Assembly: GCA_030524925.1 (NCBI GenBank)
Contig: JAUNFS010000002.1
Location: forward strand, 2,202 to 66,201
Origin: a bacterium
Lineage (GTDB): Bacteria; Bacillota_I; Bacilli_A; RF39; UBA660
Direction: 5' to 3'
DNA length: 64,000 bases
The notes beneath the pieces were generated by a model. That model saw only the letters and a program-made list of their open reading frames with translations. It was not told the origin of the DNA and did no database searches. Numbering within the stretch: the first letter of the stretch is position 1; each line of letters begins with the position of its first letter. The position numbers and the translations under genes are program-made. Below are positions 41,071 to 51,539 of this stretch, piece after piece.

Positions 41071-43235
41071 TATTCTTCCTCCTCATTATAAGTTTTCATT
41101 GCGCTTTGTTTAAAAATATATTTTGAAAAACGAACACTGATAATATATGTTAGTAATAATATTAATACATAGATTGTTATGTAATTTTTTAGGCTTAGGT
41201 ATTTTAAGGTAGATGCTAGCGGGATATCTATAATTTTGTGAGTACTTAATAAGATGAATGTTAAAGTAAGAATTGCGGCAATATTTAGTACTGTAAATAG
41301 TTCTATTCTTAAGATTTTTTTGCAGATCTTTTTGTTTGAACCTAAAATTCTTAAAATTGTGTAATATGATTTTCTAGATTTTAAAATTAATTTAATTATT
41401 AAGTAAGAGATGATGAACATCACTATTAGCATAATAACAGTTACAACTAAGTTTACGATATTTAAAATATATACTGTACTACTTGATTCATTATTCAACA
41501 TTTTAGTTACGGCATAAGCATTAAATCCAGCGTTTTCTAGATTCTTGATAGTATCATCTATTTTTAGTTCATCTTTTACAAAGACACTACTTTGATAGAT
41601 GTCACTAGTAAGCATATCTTCAATGGTTTTATCGTTAATATAGCAGAATGTATAATAGTCTTTATAAGATGAACCTGTATATTTTTTGTAATTTGATTTA
41701 TTTAGAATTCTATTTGCTTTTAGGGTTTTACTTGTTGATACATAGTTGTTATTAAGCTTTAAGGTAACTTCTTTAATTTCATCACTTAGGGATTCGTTTA
41801 AGTAGATACTATCTTCAGGAATTAGGTTGTTATGTCTAAGTACGCAGTTAAAGTTAGGATCTTCTGAAATCATATTTAGATTTGATTTACCTAATTTATA
41901 GTTTAAAATACTTTCGTATAGCATTTTTGATGAGACGTTGATGATGATTTTGTCACCGATATTTTCATTATATTTGATACCAGTAAGAACTGCTTTTTTA
42001 GTATCTATATCCATACCGTAGTCAAAGCCATAATTAAATGATTTATTAATTAACTTTTCTCTATCATATAGATTGTAATTATCTTTAGATAGTTCTAACA
42101 TAATTTCATTATCTTTAGTTGGTACTGTACCTAAATCAGCTTTAGCATCTTTGCTAATTTCTTTTACTTGACCTCTAAAGTAATAATAATCTTTATATAA
42201 AGACATTATGGCATCTAGTGAGATATCATCTTTGACTAGATAATCAATGTTTTCAATGTTATTTAGTTTATTAAAGTCTTCATCAGTTATTTTAGATTTG
42301 TCTTTTTTAACAAGGATAATTCTTTTCGTATCAGTATTTGCTAAAAATGAGTTATAACCTCTTGATGTTTCTTCATATTTACTTGATTTAAATGAGGCAG
42401 TTTCTAGGGTTAGAGCTAGAAACATGAATAAGAAAACAATTAATAATAGTAAGAATTTAGGTACGATGTTAAAAGTGTTTCTGATACCTAATCTGATTGA
42501 TGATATAAGTCTAATTTTTTGATTATGACTTTCTTCTAGTTTTGTACTAGTTTCGGTTTCTTTAATTTTTTTATCTTCTATTATTTTGCCATCAAACATC
42601 GTAATTTTTCTAGTTGCATATTCTTTAAAGTCTTCATAGTTGTGAGTTACGATTATAACTAGTTTATCTTTAGATACTTCTTTTAGGGTTTTAATTACAC
42701 TAGCTGCACTTTTACGATCTAGGGATCCAGTTGGCTCATCGGCAATAATTATTGGAGTATTTTTAGCTAGAGCACGCGCTATTGCTACTCTTTGTTTTTG
42801 ACCACCAGATAGCTTAGAAACACGGGTATTTTTATATCTTGTTAAGTCTACTTGTTTGATAAGTTCTAGGACTCTTTCTTTAATTTCTTTCTTTTTGTAT
42901 CCGTTAATTAATAGTACTAGTTCAATATTTTGATAGACAGTATAACTAGCAACTAGGTTAAAGTTTTGAAAGATATTACTAATATATTTTTTACGATAGT
43001 TTTCAAATTCTTCTTCTCCATAGTGACTAGTTTCTTTACCGCTTATATAAAGCTCGCCTTCTTCATAAGTATCAAGGCCAGATATAACGTTTAGTAAAGT
43101 AGATTTACCACTGCCACTTTCTCCAGTGATTACAACGAATTCACCGATATTAAATTCAGCGTTAATTTTGGTAATTCCGGATGTGATTATTCCTTTTTGA
43201 TAGTAATACTTTGAGACATCTTTTAATTTGATCAT
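41070..43235 (-). CDS. ABC transporter, fused ATP-binding and FtsX-like permease protein (paralog)
   Basis: GESGSGKST, LSGGQKQRV, IIADEPTGSLD, and a C-terminal permease domain. Start at the ATG with AGAGGTGGG RBS. Stop overlaps the start of the downstream paralog. Confidence 0.8.
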   Translation of the reverse strand: MIKLKDVSKYYYQKGIITSGITKINAEFNIGEFVVITGESGSGKSTLLNVISGLDTYEEGELYISGKETSHYGEEEFENYRKKYISNIFQNFNLVASYTVYQNIELVLLINGYKKKEIKERVLELIKQVDLTRYKNTRVSKLSGGQKQRVAIARALAKNTPIIIADEPTGSLDRKSAASVIKTLKEVSKDKLVIIVTHNYEDFKEYATRKITMFDGKIIEDKKIKETETSTKLEESHNQKIRLISSIRLGIRNTFNIVPKFLLLLIVFLFMFLALTLETASFKSSKYEETSRGYNSFLANTDTKRIILVKKDKSKITDEDFNKLNNIENIDYLVKDDISLDAIMSLYKDYYYFRGQVKEISKDAKADLGTVPTKDNEIMLELSKDNYNLYDREKLINKSFNYGFDYGMDIDTKKAVLTGIKYNENIGDKIIINVSSKMLYESILNYKLGKSNLNMISEDPNFNCVLRHNNLIPEDSIYLNESLSDEIKEVTLKLNNNYVSTSKTLKANRILNKSNYKKYTGSSYKDYYTFCYINDKTIEDMLTSDIYQSSVFVKDELKIDDTIKNLENAGFNAYAVTKMLNNESSSTVYILNIVNLVVTVIMLIVMFIISYLIIKLILKSRKSYYTILRILGSNKKICKKILRIELFTVLNIAAILTLTFILLSTHKIIDIPLASTLKYLSLKNYITIYVLILLLTYIISVRFSKYIFKQSAMKTYNEEEE

Positions 43236-43315
43236 TTTCCCACCTCTTAAGCACATTATACTTTTATATATGAAAAAAAACAACCAAATTAGACTGTTTT
43301 CTGTAAAGTAAAATT

Positions 43316-44755
43316 TTATTTTCTTGTTTCTAGTTCTTTAGTTAAAATCTCTTTTACTTTTAAGGGATTTGCTTTGCCTTTAGTTTCTTTCATAGTCATG
43401 CCAACAAAGAAATCAAACATATTAGTTTTACCATTATGGTATAGTTCTATTTGTTTAGGACTATTATCTAAAATAGTTTTGATTATGGAGCTTAGCTCTT
43501 CTTCATTATCCATTTGTTTCATGCCATACTTTTCTATTAGACTTTGAGGCTCAGATTTTTCTTCTAGAGCTTTAGTAAATAATTCTTTGGCTTGCTTAGA
43601 TGATATTTCTCCATTTTTTAATGGGCTTAAAATTTGACTAAGTAGTCTTGGTGATAGGTAGAACTCTAGGATGCTAATATTTTCTTTGCTAAGGATGCCT
43701 AAGATAAGAGAGATAACCCAGTTAGCAACTGTTTTTGAGTCAAGCCCAAGCTTAATACTTTCATCAAAGTAATCAGCAATATCTTTGTTACGTGCAAGAA
43801 TTTTACTATCGTTTTCAGATAAATTATATTCTTCCATGTAAGTTTTAATTCTAGCGTTTGGCAGCTTAGGAATTTCACTACGAATTTCTTCTAGAAAATC
43901 ATCAGTTATTTTAATACGAGGAATGTTGGGTTCAATAAAGTATTTATAATCAATGCTTTTTACTTTTTTACGCATACTGATTGTGGTATTTGTTTGCTCA
44001 TCGTATCTTCTTGTTTCTTGGCATAGTTCTTCTTTATTGCCACTTTCTAAACATTCTATTTGTCTTTTTACTTCAGCATTTATAGCATTTTCAACGTTTG
44101 CAAATGAGTTTACGTTTTTAATTTCTACTTTTGGTGTAATATAGTTACCATTTTCATCTTTTAGGTTAACGTTACAGTCGCATCTAATTTGTCCTTTTTT
44201 GATGTCGGCTTCTGAGATATCACAGTATTTTAAACTGTTTGCTAGGTATTCTAAGAACTCTACGGCAGATGGTGCATCGTTAAAGCATGGCTCGGTTACG
44301 ATTTCTATTAGGGGAACGCCAGCACGGTTATAATCAATTAATGAATATGTATCATAGTGATCTTGAGAGGCAGTATCTTCTTCTAAATGAATATCATGAA
44401 TTAGAGCATAAAATGGTTTGCCATTAGAGATAAGCTCAACTTTACCGTTGATACCAACAGGTTTTGTTACCTGAGTAATTTGAAAGCCTTTTGGTAAGTC
44501 TGGATAATAATAGTTTTTACGGTCAAATAAAAGTTCATCTGGCTGAGTACAGTTTAGAACCATACTCATTTTTAAAGCTTTTCTTACTGCTTCTTTATTT
44601 AAAGATGGCATAATACCAGGAAATGACATATCTATTTCATTTACGTTACTATTTGGTACGGTTGAGTAAAAGTTAGCGCTAGGACTAAATACTTTAGAGT
44701 TTGTTTTTAGCTCACAGTGTAGTTCTAAACCAATTACTGTTTGATATTTATTCAT
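43316..44755 (-). CDS. gatB: Asp-tRNA(Asn)/Glu-tRNA(Gln) amidotransferase subunit B
   Basis: N-terminal YQTVIGLELHCEL and a conserved GatB body. gatCAB order. Confidence 0.9.
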   Translation of the reverse strand: MNKYQTVIGLELHCELKTNSKVFSPSANFYSTVPNSNVNEIDMSFPGIMPSLNKEAVRKALKMSMVLNCTQPDELLFDRKNYYYPDLPKGFQITQVTKPVGINGKVELISNGKPFYALIHDIHLEEDTASQDHYDTYSLIDYNRAGVPLIEIVTEPCFNDAPSAVEFLEYLANSLKYCDISEADIKKGQIRCDCNVNLKDENGNYITPKVEIKNVNSFANVENAINAEVKRQIECLESGNKEELCQETRRYDEQTNTTISMRKKVKSIDYKYFIEPNIPRIKITDDFLEEIRSEIPKLPNARIKTYMEEYNLSENDSKILARNKDIADYFDESIKLGLDSKTVANWVISLILGILSKENISILEFYLSPRLLSQILSPLKNGEISSKQAKELFTKALEEKSEPQSLIEKYGMKQMDNEEELSSIIKTILDNSPKQIELYHNGKTNMFDFFVGMTMKETKGKANPLKVKEILTKELETRK

Positions 44756-46160
44756 GTTTACCTCCTGCAATCATGCCAGCGTATCCTAGTTTTTCTTCTA
44801 GAGCAGCAGCAATGTTTAATACGTCAGCATCTTTTTGAATGTTACCAGTAATATTTAAACCGATTGGTAAGCCAGTGCTAAAACCGTTTGGAATTGTAAT
44901 TGATGGAAAACCACCAAAATTTCCAGTAAGTAGAAGCGTGCTTACATTTGCACTAGAGTCACTTATGACATCACTTGCTTTAGAAATAGGTGTTGCTTCA
45001 GTGCTTGCTGGAGCAATCATGGCATCATATTTAGTAAATAATTTGTGCATTTCTTCATTGATTAAGGTTCTTACTCTTTGAGCATTTAAAAAGTATCTTT
45101 CTTGATTTTCTTCTTGAAGAACATATGAACCAATTACTAGTCTTCTTTTAATTAGTGGACTAAAGCCTTTAGTACGAGCATCTTTTATCATTTCATAGAT
45201 GTTTGTGCTTTCTCCACGAATACCATAGTTGATACCTGTATACATTGATAAGTTACTGGTTGCTTCAGCGCATGAGATGATTGTATATGCTGGGCCTAGA
45301 GCTTCTAATATGTTTTTATCTATGCTTACTGCTTCTACACTCATACCTAGTGATTTAGCAATTTCTAGGGATTTATTAAAAGCATTTAGCGTGTTTACTG
45401 TACTTTCATCAGGTTTTTCATAAGATGATAGCTCGCATAGTTCTTTAACATAGAATAATTTTTTACCTGCTACTTTTTTGTCTAACTGTGGTGCTAGATT
45501 TTCTATTTCATTTAAAGCTGTCATGTCTTTTCCATCAGGGCCTTTTATTAGATCTACAACAGTAGCAGCATCTTTAACGCTTCTTGTAAATACACCCACG
45601 TGATCTAGCGATGAAGCAAATGGTAAAACTCCATATCTTGGAATAAGGCCATAAGTAGGTTTATACCCTACTACGCCACATAGTGATGCTGGTTTGCGAA
45701 TAGAGTCACCAGTATCAGTTCCTAAAGCAAAAGGAACAATACCTAGAGCAACAGATGTAGCAGAACCACTAGATGAGCCACCAGCTACAAACTCCGGATT
45801 CCATGGATTTCTGACAACCCCTGTGTGTCCCGTAGTACCAGTGCCACCTAAACCGAATTCATCACAAACGGTTTTACCGATAAGAACAGTCCCTGCTTCA
45901 TTTAATCTTTTAATTACAGTTGCATCGTAAAAAGGAATATAGTCTTTTAAGATATTTGATGAACCGGTAGTTAGTATGCCAGCTGTACTAAATAAATCTT
46001 TAGCAGCATAAGGAATGTTTGCTAGAGGTAAATCTTGATTTTCGCTTATTTTAGGATTATCAATAATAGTAACAAAAGAATTAATTTCCTCGTTTGTTTC
46101 ATGAGCAAGTTTAATGGCCTTTTCAATAGTGCCTTTTTGATTTTTTAACTCTTCTATCAT
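44748..46160 (-). CDS. gatA: Glu-tRNA(Gln) amidotransferase subunit A (amidase signature)
   Basis: Amidase signature GGSSSGSATSVALG and a GatA-like body. Confidence 0.9.
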   Translation of the reverse strand: MIEELKNQKGTIEKAIKLAHETNEEINSFVTIIDNPKISENQDLPLANIPYAAKDLFSTAGILTTGSSNILKDYIPFYDATVIKRLNEAGTVLIGKTVCDEFGLGGTGTTGHTGVVRNPWNPEFVAGGSSSGSATSVALGIVPFALGTDTGDSIRKPASLCGVVGYKPTYGLIPRYGVLPFASSLDHVGVFTRSVKDAATVVDLIKGPDGKDMTALNEIENLAPQLDKKVAGKKLFYVKELCELSSYEKPDESTVNTLNAFNKSLEIAKSLGMSVEAVSIDKNILEALGPAYTIISCAEATSNLSMYTGINYGIRGESTNIYEMIKDARTKGFSPLIKRRLVIGSYVLQEENQERYFLNAQRVRTLINEEMHKLFTKYDAMIAPASTEATPISKASDVISDSSANVSTLLLTGNFGGFPSITIPNGFSTGLPIGLNITGNIQKDADVLNIAAALEEKLGYAGMIAGGKHE

Positions 46161-46457
46161 TTAATTCACCACCTTTGGAACTTTTACTTCTCTACCTTCA
46201 ACGTCTTTGTCATTTGCTAAAAGAAGCTCTACGGGAACACTAGGCTCTGCAACATCTTCTCTTAAACTAGCTGTATATAAATTAAAAGGAAAAGCTGAAG
46301 GCGTTACGCTTTGCAAGTTTGGAATATTATTTATTTTATCAATATTTTTATCTATGCAAGAAAATTCTTCTTTGATACTAGTGGCTTCTTCTTTACTTAA
46401 ACCAATAAGTAGTTTATCTGCATAGTCTATTATTTCTTCAATAGTAAATTCTTTCAT
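46161..46457 (-). CDS. gatC: Glu-tRNA(Gln) amidotransferase subunit C
   Basis: 98-aa protein immediately upstream of gatA. Typical GatC size and position. Confidence 0.8.
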   Translation of the reverse strand: MKEFTIEEIIDYADKLLIGLSKEEATSIKEEFSCIDKNIDKINNIPNLQSVTPSAFPFNLYTASLREDVAEPSVPVELLLANDKDVEGREVKVPKVVN

Positions 46458-46468
46458 GTAGTTCCTTT

Positions 46469-47845
46469 CTAAAATTCACAGTTTCCTGGAGTACGTGGGA
46501 ATGGAATTACATCTCTAATGTTTTCAATACCTGTTAAGTAAATTAGTAGTCTTTCAAAGCCCATTCCGAAGCCTGAATGATAGCAACCACCAAATTTACG
46601 TAAGTTTAAGTACCAATCCATGCTTTCTTTATCCATACCTAGTTCTTCCATACGAGCTACTAGTTTGTCATAGTTTTCTTCTCTTTGAGAACCACCCATT
46701 AATTCACCAGCACCTGGAACTTCTAAGTCTACTGCAGCAACAGTTTTACCATCATCATTTTGTTTCATGTAGAAAGCTTTAATATCTTTTGGCCAGTTTT
46801 TAATAAATACAGGTCCATTAAAGTGTTCAGTAATATATTTTTCATGCTCTTTAGCAATGTCTTCACCATATTCAGGAGTAAATTCCCATTTGACGTCTGC
46901 TTCTTTTAAGATTTGGATAACATCATGATGATCAATTCTAACAAAGTGGGAGTTTACTAGTTTTTCTAGTTTTTCAATTAAACCTTTTTCTACAAATGTA
47001 TCAAAGAACTTCATTTCACTAGGACAGCTATCTAGAACGTATTTAACTACGAATTTTAGCATGTCTTCCATGATGTCCATGTCTTTTTCTAAGTCAGCAA
47101 AAGCAATTTCTGGTTCAATCATCCAGAATTCGTTTGCATGAGTTTTAGTATTTGAGTTTTCTGCTCTAAAAGTTGGACCAAATGTGTAAGTTTTTTTGTA
47201 TGCTAGAGCAAAGGTTTCAGCTTGTAATTGGCCACTTACGGTTAGAGCTGTTTTTTTACCAAAGAAGTCATCTTTGTAATCTAGTTTACCGGTTTTTGCT
47301 ACCTTTTCTAAATCAAGAGTAGTAACATTAAACATTTCACCGGCACCTTCACAGTCGCTAGCGGTAATTAGTGGTGCATGAAAGTATACGTAACCATTTT
47401 CTTGAAAGTATTTATGAATAGCATAAGCTGCTACGCTTCTTACTCTAAAAGCACTACCAAATAAGTTAGTACGTGGTCTTAAATAAGCTATTTCTCTTAA
47501 GTATTCTCTAGTTGGACGGTTTTTTGTTTGTAGTGGGTAGTCCTCAGGACAGCCGCCTAGAACTTCAATTTCAGATAGTTTTAATTCGTGATTTTGTTTG
47601 CCACCTTCTGATTTAATAATTTCACCAGTAATTTTAACAGCTGAGCCAATATGTATTTTGGTTATTTCATCAAAGTTTGCTAGTTTGTTATCATAAACTA
47701 CTTGAAGGCTTTCAAAACAAGTTCCATCATATAAATCAATAAAACCAAACTCTTTTTGTTTACGATGGTTTTTAACCCAGCCTTCTAGGGTAAGAGTTTG
47801 ACCTTCATATTTACTAATTTCTTTTAATAAATCTTTTAAATCCAT
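46469..47845 (-). CDS. asnS: asparagine--tRNA ligase
   Basis: Class IIb motif 2 [24 protein letters not shown] is almost identical to E. coli AsnRS ([24 protein letters not shown]). Also [14 protein letters not shown]. The 458-aa length fits AsnRS, not bacterial AspRS. Confidence 0.9.
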   Translation of the reverse strand: [458 protein letters not shown]

Positions 47846-47861
47846 AATATATTCCTTCTTT

Positions 47862-49124
47862 CTATATATTCATATCTAAATGCTCTACTAATTCATTTAT
47901 ATTAATTTTAGTTTCTTCTTTTGTACGATTGTCTTTGACGCTAACATTATTTTTGGCTAGGTCTTCATCGTTTAGAATGATTAAGAATTTACTTTTTAGT
48001 CTATCTGCGGCTTTGAATTGTGATTTTAAATTTCTTCCTAGATAATCAGTTTCAGCGATAAAGCCATTTAATCTTAAGTTTTGCATTAGGTAAGCTGCAG
48101 TTTCTTTTTCGTTTTCACTTACATAAAGTAAATAAGCATCTATGCTATCGTTTATTGGAATGTTAATGTTACTTTTTTCAATTGCCATAAGAGTGCGGTC
48201 ATAGCCCATTGCAAAGCCAACAGCGGGAGTACTTGGTCCTCCTAGGGTTTCAATAAGGCCGTTGTATCTACCACCACCTCCTAAAGCTAGGTTGCCTATT
48301 TCAGGCACGTTTGCATAAACTTCAAATACGATGTGATTGTAGTAATCTAAACCTCTTACTAGTTTTGGGTCTTCTTCATAGTTTATTTCTAATAAATCTA
48401 GATATTCTTTAATTTTATTATATCTTTCTAAGCTTGCTTCGTTTAGGTAATCTTTAGTAATAGGTGCATTTTTTAAAATTTCATTTTCACCATCTATTTT
48501 ACAATCTAAAACTCTTAATGGGTTTTTATCAATTCGCTTTTTGCAGTCTTCACAAAGTTCATCTACATGTGGTTTAAGGTAATTTAATAAGGCCGTACGA
48601 TAATTATCACGAGACTCAGTATCACCTAGAGTATTTATTTTAATAGTTACATCTTCTAATCCGAGTAAATTATATGTTTGATATACCATTGAAATTACTT
48701 CTACATCAGATAATACGTCGTCTGAGCCAATACACTCAATACCGAACTGAGTAAATTCACGGTTTCTTCCAGCTTGTGGTCTTTCATAACGATACATTTT
48801 ACAATTATAGAATGCTTTAAATGGTTCAGTCATGTTACCGTATAGTTTGTTTTCAATAAAGAATCTACAAATTGCAGCAGTGCCTTCAGGTCTTAGAGTG
48901 ATATTACGGCCACCACGGTCAGTAAAGTCATAGGTTTCTTTTGATACCATGTCAGTGGTTTCCCCTACGCTTCTGTGAAATAATTCGGTTGCTTCAAATA
49001 CTGGAGTTTCAATGTAACCATAATTATATTTTTCACATACTGAACGTAAGATGTCATTAACGTACTCTCTTTTTTTGGCATCTACTCCATAGATGTCGTA
49101 TGTTCCTTTTTGCTTAGTAATCAT
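47862..49124 (-). CDS. hisS: histidine--tRNA ligase
   Basis: Class IIa motifs (RPEGTA, FRYERPQAGRNREFTQ) and a C-terminal anticodon-binding domain. Confidence 0.9.
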   Translation of the reverse strand: MITKQKGTYDIYGVDAKKREYVNDILRSVCEKYNYGYIETPVFEATELFHRSVGETTDMVSKETYDFTDRGGRNITLRPEGTAAICRFFIENKLYGNMTEPFKAFYNCKMYRYERPQAGRNREFTQFGIECIGSDDVLSDVEVISMVYQTYNLLGLEDVTIKINTLGDTESRDNYRTALLNYLKPHVDELCEDCKKRIDKNPLRVLDCKIDGENEILKNAPITKDYLNEASLERYNKIKEYLDLLEINYEEDPKLVRGLDYYNHIVFEVYANVPEIGNLALGGGGRYNGLIETLGGPSTPAVGFAMGYDRTLMAIEKSNINIPINDSIDAYLLYVSENEKETAAYLMQNLRLNGFIAETDYLGRNLKSQFKAADRLKSKFLIILNDEDLAKNNVSVKDNRTKEETKININELVEHLDMNI

Positions 49125-49134
49125 ATTTATTCCT

Positions 49135-49350
49135 TCTTTCTAAATAAAAAACACTAGGTAGATGTAAGGACGAGTTATAACCCGCGGTGCCACCTTACTT
49201 TACTTAGTGTACTCTTTTGTTATCGTAACGAGATAAACGTTTGTCTTTATGAAGACTGTTCCAAGTTTATAATATATTTTGGCATTTTCACCAGTTAGCC
49301 ATCTCTTTTAAATATACGTGCTATAAACTCAAGTTCTTCAAACAAATTTA
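49135..49350 (-). promoter_or_regulatory. T-box riboswitch leader of the hisS-asnS-gatCAB operon
   Basis: Minus-strand AAGGTGGCACCGCGGG matches the conserved T-box sequence (AGGGTGGNACCGCG). It is followed by a terminator hairpin and T-run just upstream of the hisS RBS. An AGAGA K-turn-like element lies in the 5' part. Confidence 0.7.
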
Positions 49351-49357
49351 TAGTTCT

Positions 49358-49386
49358 ATTTTACTTAAAAAAGATGTTGTTGTCAA
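49358..49386 (-). promoter_or_regulatory. promoter of the T-box/hisS operon
   Basis: Minus strand: TTGACA, 17-nt spacer, TAAAAT. Confidence 0.5.
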
Positions 49387-49436
49387 CGGGTTATGATACA
49401 ACTTCGTACTGGTTTATTTGAAATAAGATTTAGTTA

Positions 49437-50927
49437 TTAATCGGGGAGCGCAACTGTGTATGGATCTTCAATTTCACCAGTTCCTCCTGTTATTAGGATA
49501 TTTTGTTTTAAGGTTATAGCTGGACGGGCTCCATAATCAGTAATCGTTAGGATAGCGGATAGTTCACCATAGCGCTGACCTCGAATGCCAGCATCGTCGT
49601 AGGAGTAGCGGTAAGGGGACATCAACCAATATTTACCATTATTATTTAAATAATTAGTACTTGAACCATAAAAGGCAAGTTTTGCTTCTTTAGTAGTTAA
49701 TAAACCCACAGGATAGTCTAAAGCATTATTTCCATATCCTAAAGTTCCTCCAGAATCTACTTTCAATGTAAATTGATCTTCCTTATCTTGACAGGTTAAT
49801 CTTAAATTTTTTTCATCAAAATCATTAAAGTGTAAATCTGTTGTTATACTTCCGCCACTTGGGTTCCATGCGCTTGCAGATAAATTTGTTATGTATCTAT
49901 TATTACAATATATTGCATTTTCTAAATAATTCGTTATATTTGTCATATTTGAACTATACCAGTTATCTATTACTTTTTTTATATTACTATTTGTTGTATT
50001 GTAATTTAACATTTCGTCTATGGCATTTTCTATTTTTTTACCATTCTTTAGTGTTATATAATATGCATATTCTACGCTACCACCCGGCAAAGTGCCCACA
50101 TAACTTATATAATATACAGTTGAACACCTTGTACTTGTACTTAAACATGTATAATGTTTATTTCTTAGTTTACTATTTATATTTGCTACTGCTACACTTT
50201 CTGCATTACTTAATGTATATGTTGTTCCATTCCATGTTACATTACTTCCATAATAATATTTTCCAAATGATGATACTATTTTTTCAGAAGTTGCATACAC
50301 AGTTCCATACATATATCCTACATACGCTAGAGACCCATTTCTATTTGAATTATATCTTGTTCCACTTGCTTCCAAATAAACATCTGTTCCTGTGTTATTG
50401 CATTTTGTATCTTCTTTATATAATCCATTATAAATAAGCTTTACTCCATCTGTTTCTGTTGTTCTTACCATTTTCCAACAATAATTATTTAATACTAAAT
50501 TATTATTTGTTATATTACCTGCATAATAATATACATCTTTACCATTTTCATCTGTTGTTTTTTGTACTCCATTATTTTTAGCATAGTCAGCTAGAACTTT
50601 ATCGTATACTGTTGAGCTCTTGGTGAAATCAACATTACATTTTGTTTTATTTTGAGTGATACTAGTTACGTTAAATACCCATTTACTTCCGTTCCATACG
50701 GCTGTGCCACTTCCTTTTGAACAGGTAACTACTCCAATATAGCTGGATGTAGTGGGAAACTTATCTGATTCTTTACCGTCTATGGTTATTGCCAAAAGTG
50801 CTTCTTCTTTTTCGTTCCACTTAGCATCTACTAAAGTTTCGGTTTCGTAATTTTTTAAAAATATGACACCAGTTATTACTACAAATACACTCAAAAGAAG
50901 AATGAATGATACATTTTTATTTTTCAT
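49437..50927 (-). CDS. membrane-anchored Asn/Thr/Tyr-rich surface protein, paralog family member B
   Basis: N-terminal signal anchor. Shares motifs with gene A (NYCWKMVRTT, AYVGYMYG, YWLMSP…YGARPAITL…DPYTV). GGTGG RBS. Confidence 0.55.
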   Translation of the reverse strand: MKNKNVSFILLLSVFVVITGVIFLKNYETETLVDAKWNEKEEALLAITIDGKESDKFPTTSSYIGVVTCSKGSGTAVWNGSKWVFNVTSITQNKTKCNVDFTKSSTVYDKVLADYAKNNGVQKTTDENGKDVYYYAGNITNNNLVLNNYCWKMVRTTETDGVKLIYNGLYKEDTKCNNTGTDVYLEASGTRYNSNRNGSLAYVGYMYGTVYATSEKIVSSFGKYYYGSNVTWNGTTYTLSNAESVAVANINSKLRNKHYTCLSTSTRCSTVYYISYVGTLPGGSVEYAYYITLKNGKKIENAIDEMLNYNTTNSNIKKVIDNWYSSNMTNITNYLENAIYCNNRYITNLSASAWNPSGGSITTDLHFNDFDEKNLRLTCQDKEDQFTLKVDSGGTLGYGNNALDYPVGLLTTKEAKLAFYGSSTNYLNNNGKYWLMSPYRYSYDDAGIRGQRYGELSAILTITDYGARPAITLKQNILITGGTGEIEDPYTVALPD

Positions 50928-50950
50928 TTTACCACCTATTTTCTTCTTTT

Positions 50951-50980
50951 ATTATATAACAACCCCCCCCCGTGTCAACT
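50951..50980 (-). promoter_or_regulatory. promoter of surface protein gene B with a G9 homopolymer in the -35/-10 spacer
   Basis: Minus strand reads AGTTGACA-C-GGGGGGGGG-TTGTTA-TATAAT. TTGACA and TATAAT are separated by 16 nt, of which 9 are a G run. TATAAT lies ~30 nt upstream of the RBS. Confidence 0.6.
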
Positions 50981-51128
50981 AGGGATGTGGAAAACTTGGT
51001 GGTCAGTGCGAACAATTGTGTGTAGTAAAAAACATCCTACTTTTGATTGTTTTTTAGGATGTTTGGTTATTTAGTTTCTATCTCCTACTAATTTGTCTCA
51101 TAACGAAAAACAATAGGCTTTTGTTAGT

Positions 51129-51539
51129 CTATTGTTTTAGTATTTTTTCAAGTGCTCTATATGGAAGTGTAGCACAAGTTTTACGGCTTTCTTGTTTATA
51201 GATTTCATCAAATGCTAGGGCTTCTTCTAAGCCTTCTTGATGATATGGTTTTTCGTTTACCATGTTTTCAAAGTTCTCTATATATTCTTCTGCTTCTTCA
51301 ATAGTTTTACCTATGATGTTTTTGATCATAACTGATGTTGAAGCAGTTGATATAGCACAGGCTTCTCCATCAAAGTATGCATCTTTAATTATGCCATCTT
51401 CTAGCTTTACGAATACATTTATATCATCAATACAAGATACGTTATTAGCATTTGCTTTTAGAAAGTCATTTTTGGTTTCTTTATGAAAAGGATTTGTGTA
51501 ATTTTCTAATAATATTTCTCTTTTTAGTTCTGGTTCCAT
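51129..51539 (-). CDS. sufU: SUF system Fe-S assembly scaffold (SufU/IscU-like, NifU family)
   Basis: Conserved Cys motifs (…DGEACAISTASTS…, C-terminal CATLP) and typical size. Confidence 0.8.
   Translation of the reverse strand: MEPELKREILLENYTNPFHKETKNDFLKANANNVSCIDDINVFVKLEDGIIKDAYFDGEACAISTASTSVMIKNIIGKTIEEAEEYIENFENMVNEKPYHQEGLEEALAFDEIYKQESRKTCATLPYRALEKILKQ

Noticed and set aside
49841-50437. 198-aa Tyr/Leu-rich ORF antisense to surface-protein gene B
   Set aside because: It is a low-complexity antisense reading of an Asn/Tyr-rich gene, with no RBS. The same reasoning applies to the other antisense ORFs in the track (825-1022, 3621-3941, 9318-9509, 10736-10975, 19466-19879, 36412-36642, 55276-55545, 56242-56857 and similar).
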